From Amphiscolops sp. MND2022 (Eukaryota), in NCBI GenBank assembly GCA_964187785.1, contig OZ076409.1, positions 99,512,001-99,576,000 on the forward strand: 64,000 nucleotides of DNA, written 5' to 3'. Under the pieces are notes generated by a model. The model was not told where the DNA came from. It made no database searches and saw nothing but the letters and a program-made list of their open reading frames with translations. The translations under genes were made by a program, and so were the position numbers. This document shows positions 60,200 through 64,000 of the stretch, in pieces; position 1 is the first letter of the stretch, and every line of letters starts with the position of its first letter.

Positions 60200-63100
60200 A
60201 GTCTTTTCTTGGTTGTGGGCGGAAATTGTATCTATTATAGGAGTGTCTTCGGGGTTTAATAAAATTATCATAGTCGTGAATATCTGATTGGTTATCTAGG
60301 TTGGTATTTTGAGGAATATGTTCTTTTTGTTTATATGGAAATGAAGAATATTGGTTAAATGATTCTGGTTGTAAGTCAATCGTGAATGGTATATCCGTTT
60401 CTTTGTTAGATGTTGTGGAAGGAAATTGTTCTTCGTCTGTAAATTTGTCTTCATCAGAGTTAATTATTTGATCGTTTGTATTTGAATGACAGTCATTAAA
60501 TAAATGAGGGTTATATTGTTGTAGGAAAGGAAAAATAACTGGTTCTTTTGGATGATAAGGAATTAAATGATTTCTATGTATGTGCGATGTATAACCATCT
60601 TGATTAACAATTTCATATGTTATGTCGGAGATTTTGTTAATAATTTTGAATGGGCCAATTCTGAGAGGTTTTAATTTATCGGAAAAATGAACATGGAGAA
60701 ATTTTCTTTTTAGTACAAATGTACCAATATCTAAGGGTCTTGGATTGTGATATGTTTTGTTAAAATAAGCATAGGAATTAATCTTTCCTTTTGTGTTTTC
60801 ATATATGGTATATCTGTGTTTTCATACCGTATGGTGTATCTGTATCATAGCAGTTTCAGTAGCTAAGATCCATTGTGGAATTGGTTTAGATAAAATTTTA
60901 TGAAAGAAAGGGTTTAGATTTGATTTGTCATAGTGTGTATGAAGTGGTAATTCTTGACAATATTGAGAAGTACAATTTCTATATGTATCTCTTTGGAGAT
61001 TGAGTTCAAAGTTGATTAGAATTCTGGGTATAGTATGGAATACTATTTCATATGGAGATAAATTTAATTCAGAAAGTGGTTGTGAATTATGTGCATAAGC
61101 ATACATATGAACTTGAGTTGACCAATTTTCTGGGGTGTTATGTAAGAAAAGTCTGAGATGAGTTCCAAGATTTCTGTTTTGATTTTCAACTAAACCATTT
61201 GTCCATGGTGCATAAGGAGTTCTTGGTGAATGTCTAATTCCCATTGTGGTACCAAGATTTGCAAATTCTGAATTAATATATTCTGTTCCACGGTCGGTAA
61301 CTAGATATACAGGAGGTCCAAATTTTGTTATCCAATGATGTAGTAATGAGTTAACAGCGTTTTGAGCATTATTTTGTTTTATAGGTACTGTTACCACAAA
61401 ATGACTAAAAGCGTCTATTATAACATGAATGTATGAATTTTGATTTGATGGTGGGTTTATAGGTCCTTTTGTATCCATTGATATTCGGTAATTAAAATAT
61501 GAAGCATTTTCTGAGAAGGTTTGTATAGATGCAGTTTGTAATTTTTGGTTAATAGGTTTATTTTGTTGCCATTCAATGCAATCATGGATGAATATTGACA
61601 TCCATTTCTTCAAGTACGGTATGAAGTAAAATTGGTTGAAAGCTTTGATGGATATTTTTATTCCTGAATGTCCATGAGCATGAAGTTTGTTAAAAGCTGC
61701 GTGGAAAAGTTTAAATGGTAGACATATTTTGTCTCTTTGATTCGGGTTGGAATCGTGAAGATTAGGATAATAATAATAAAACAGTATCTTGGTTTTGTTG
61801 AGCTTTTATTGTTTCAATGGTTATTTGTGTATCTTTTGGTAGGAAGAAGTAATTAAAATATTTTTTGTATTTGAAAAAGGATGGATCAAAAATGGATATT
61901 GTTGTTTACAATAGTCGGATTTGGTAGGATATTGTATAGCAAGGGTGTGTTCTTTTACTATGTTCGAGTTTTGTTGTTGGATATTATTTGATTGTGTTAT
62001 TTCATCTTCATCACTAAGAATGTCAGTATCATTAAGAATTGTCGATTGTTGTAAAAGAGATTTTGCTTGGTTTTTTGTAGGCTTTTTATATTTTGATTCG
62101 AATGGAACAATAAATTGAAAAGAGAAGGAATCTAAAGGCTTTATGTGTATTTCTTCTCCTTTGTTATTTATACGGATAGAGAGTTGGTCGTCTCCGTAGT
62201 CAGCAAGGATAGGATGACAATCATTCTTTTGATTATATTTTATTTTACTAAATAATGTACTGGTTTGAGTTGATTATCTTTCATGATAGAGAAATCTATT
62301 TGAGGTGGTAATTGTTTGTGTCGTAATTGGTGTACTTGTAGCTGTTCTTTTGTAAAGGTTCGTGAAAGCATATCTGCTACAGTTAAATTTTTTCCAGGGG
62401 TATGAATGATTTTTAGTTTGGAGAATGTGGTTAGTTGCATTTGTGCTCTATAGAATCTGGGACTAAGATTTCCTTTCTTTGCGAAACAATGTAGTAAAGG
62501 CTTGTGATCTGTGAAGAAGTATATAGGATGAGGAGATCCAATGATCAAAAATTCATATATTTGCAATGCGTAAACTATTGCAAGAAGTTCTCTATCTAAA
62601 GTTGAAAGTTTTTGTTCTTGTGTGTTGAGAATTCTGGAGTTATAAGAGATTACTTTCATCTTAATTTCTTCGTTCATTTGGAATAAGACTGCGCCTAAAC
62701 CTACTAACGAAGCATCTACTGTTATGAAAAATGGATGCGTGGTGTTGGGTATTGTCAATTCAGTGTTTGCTGTCATTGTATTTTTAACAGTTTGAAATAT
62801 TTTTTCTAATTCAGGTGTCCATTGAAATTTAACATCATCATGTAGCAATGTATACAATGGTTTAAGGTTTATATGAAGTTTTTCAATGAATTTTGAATAA
62901 AAGTTAACACTGCCAAGAAATTGCATAACATCTTTCTTTTCTTTTGGTGATGGAATTCTTTTAATAGCTTCAATTTTGGATGGAATTGGTTTAATTGTGT
63001 TGTTACCAATTTCATGTCCAAGGAATTTTACTTCGAGTAACATGTAGAACGATTTTTCAGGTGCAAGTTTGAGATTTTCTCGAGATGCTATTGTATGTAA

Positions 63101-63985
63101 TTCTTTTATAAGTTCAAATATTTCTTGTTTTTCGTTTGCGAGTAATAAAATATCATCGATATAAACTAACGCAGAACGTTTGTCTATAAGCGATCTAAAG
63201 AAAGTTGACATTTGTTTTGTAAAAAAGTTTGGAAGTCCTTTTATTCCATAAAATCCACGGATAAAGGCGTATAATTTGTCACCGGATGAAAATCCTGTAA
63301 GTTTAATTGTTTCTTCGTCTAATGGTGTATGAGCATATGCATACATTAGATCAATGGTTGATTTGTATTTTTTATTGGCTCTAGCTAATTGAGGAGCTAA
63401 AAGTTCAATAGGCCAAGATTCAAGTTCTTGGTTAGTGTTTGAGTTTAGATGTCTTGCGTCTAAAACAACTTTTATTGCGTCTCCTTTGGGGATAATAATT
63501 AAAGGGTTTAAAAATGTTTTTCCAATAGTATGTTTTTCATCTGTTGTTGAACCAATTTGTTTTATGATGTTGTATTTTTCAAGTTCTAAAAAAAGTTTAT
63601 TTAGTCTATCTCTATAATGAATAGGTACTTTAGAAGGTCTTTGTGTGTGAAGTTTACAATTATCTTTTATTCTAATTCGAAAGGGAGTAGAAATCTTTCC
63701 TACGTCGTTCTTATGTTTGGCGTAACAATTTTGGTTATTAATTAGAATATTGCAGAGGTTTACATATTCTGTATCGGTTAAATCTGAGTATTCAAAATTT
63801 AACTTCTTTATGAATTGTTGATTTTCTGTAAAATAGGGTAATGGAGGGAAATCTTTTCGAATTTTATCTGAAGGTCGAAGGTTTCCAGTAACAGAAGGTA
63901 TAGGAAGTTGAAGTGTTTTTTCGTTAATTTCTATCTTGTTAATTTCTAATAGGGATTGTGGTGTTACCCTAGTACATAAGTTCAT
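60200..63985 (-). pseudogene. pol: Element D pol (RT, RNase H, integrase, GPF)
   Basis: YIDD, VDAS, DRELLA, TDH, ADMLSR, HGHSG...CIEW, MDTKG, TDRG, NGLVE, RIGPF. Confidence 0.95.
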
Positions 63986-64000
63986 ATCTGTATATGGATT

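Larger units (their letters stand above)
52400..64000 (-). mobile_element. Element D: env-carrying Ty3/gypsy element, decayed, continuing beyond the window
   Basis: RT-RH-IN order followed by env-like and extra ORFs. The left boundary is approximate, taken from the composition shift. Confidence 0.85.

Overview
AT-rich eukaryotic, probably invertebrate, DNA made almost entirely of nested transposable elements; I cannot support any host gene. It holds five Ty3/gypsy-type LTR elements. Element A (17089-33304, +) is near-intact, with ~1.53-kb LTRs and a 5-bp TSD carrying one mismatch. Element B (34372-39178) is a non-autonomous partner with the same PBS. Element C (~40285-52380, +) is a decayed relative of A. 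Element D (~52400->64000, -) carries a class III (gB/chuvirus-like) env. Element E (10905-14568, -) is truncated. There are also an RLE non-LTR fragment, DINE-1/Helentron-like elements, a MITE and a tRNA-derived SINE head. The main discovery is that A carries, between pol and its 3' LTR, an antisense six-exon gene of ~1080 codons with five GT-AG introns. It encodes a C2H2/BED-like zinc finger plus a hAT-transposase-like body whose first catalytic Asp appears replaced by Gln. C carries a clear homologue in the same position and orientation. Each family also repeats its own CpG-containing motif in the LTR and interior (32-bp-period arrays in A), which suggests a retrotransposon-encoded DNA-binding regulator with cognate sites. 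All alignments and counts were made by eye.
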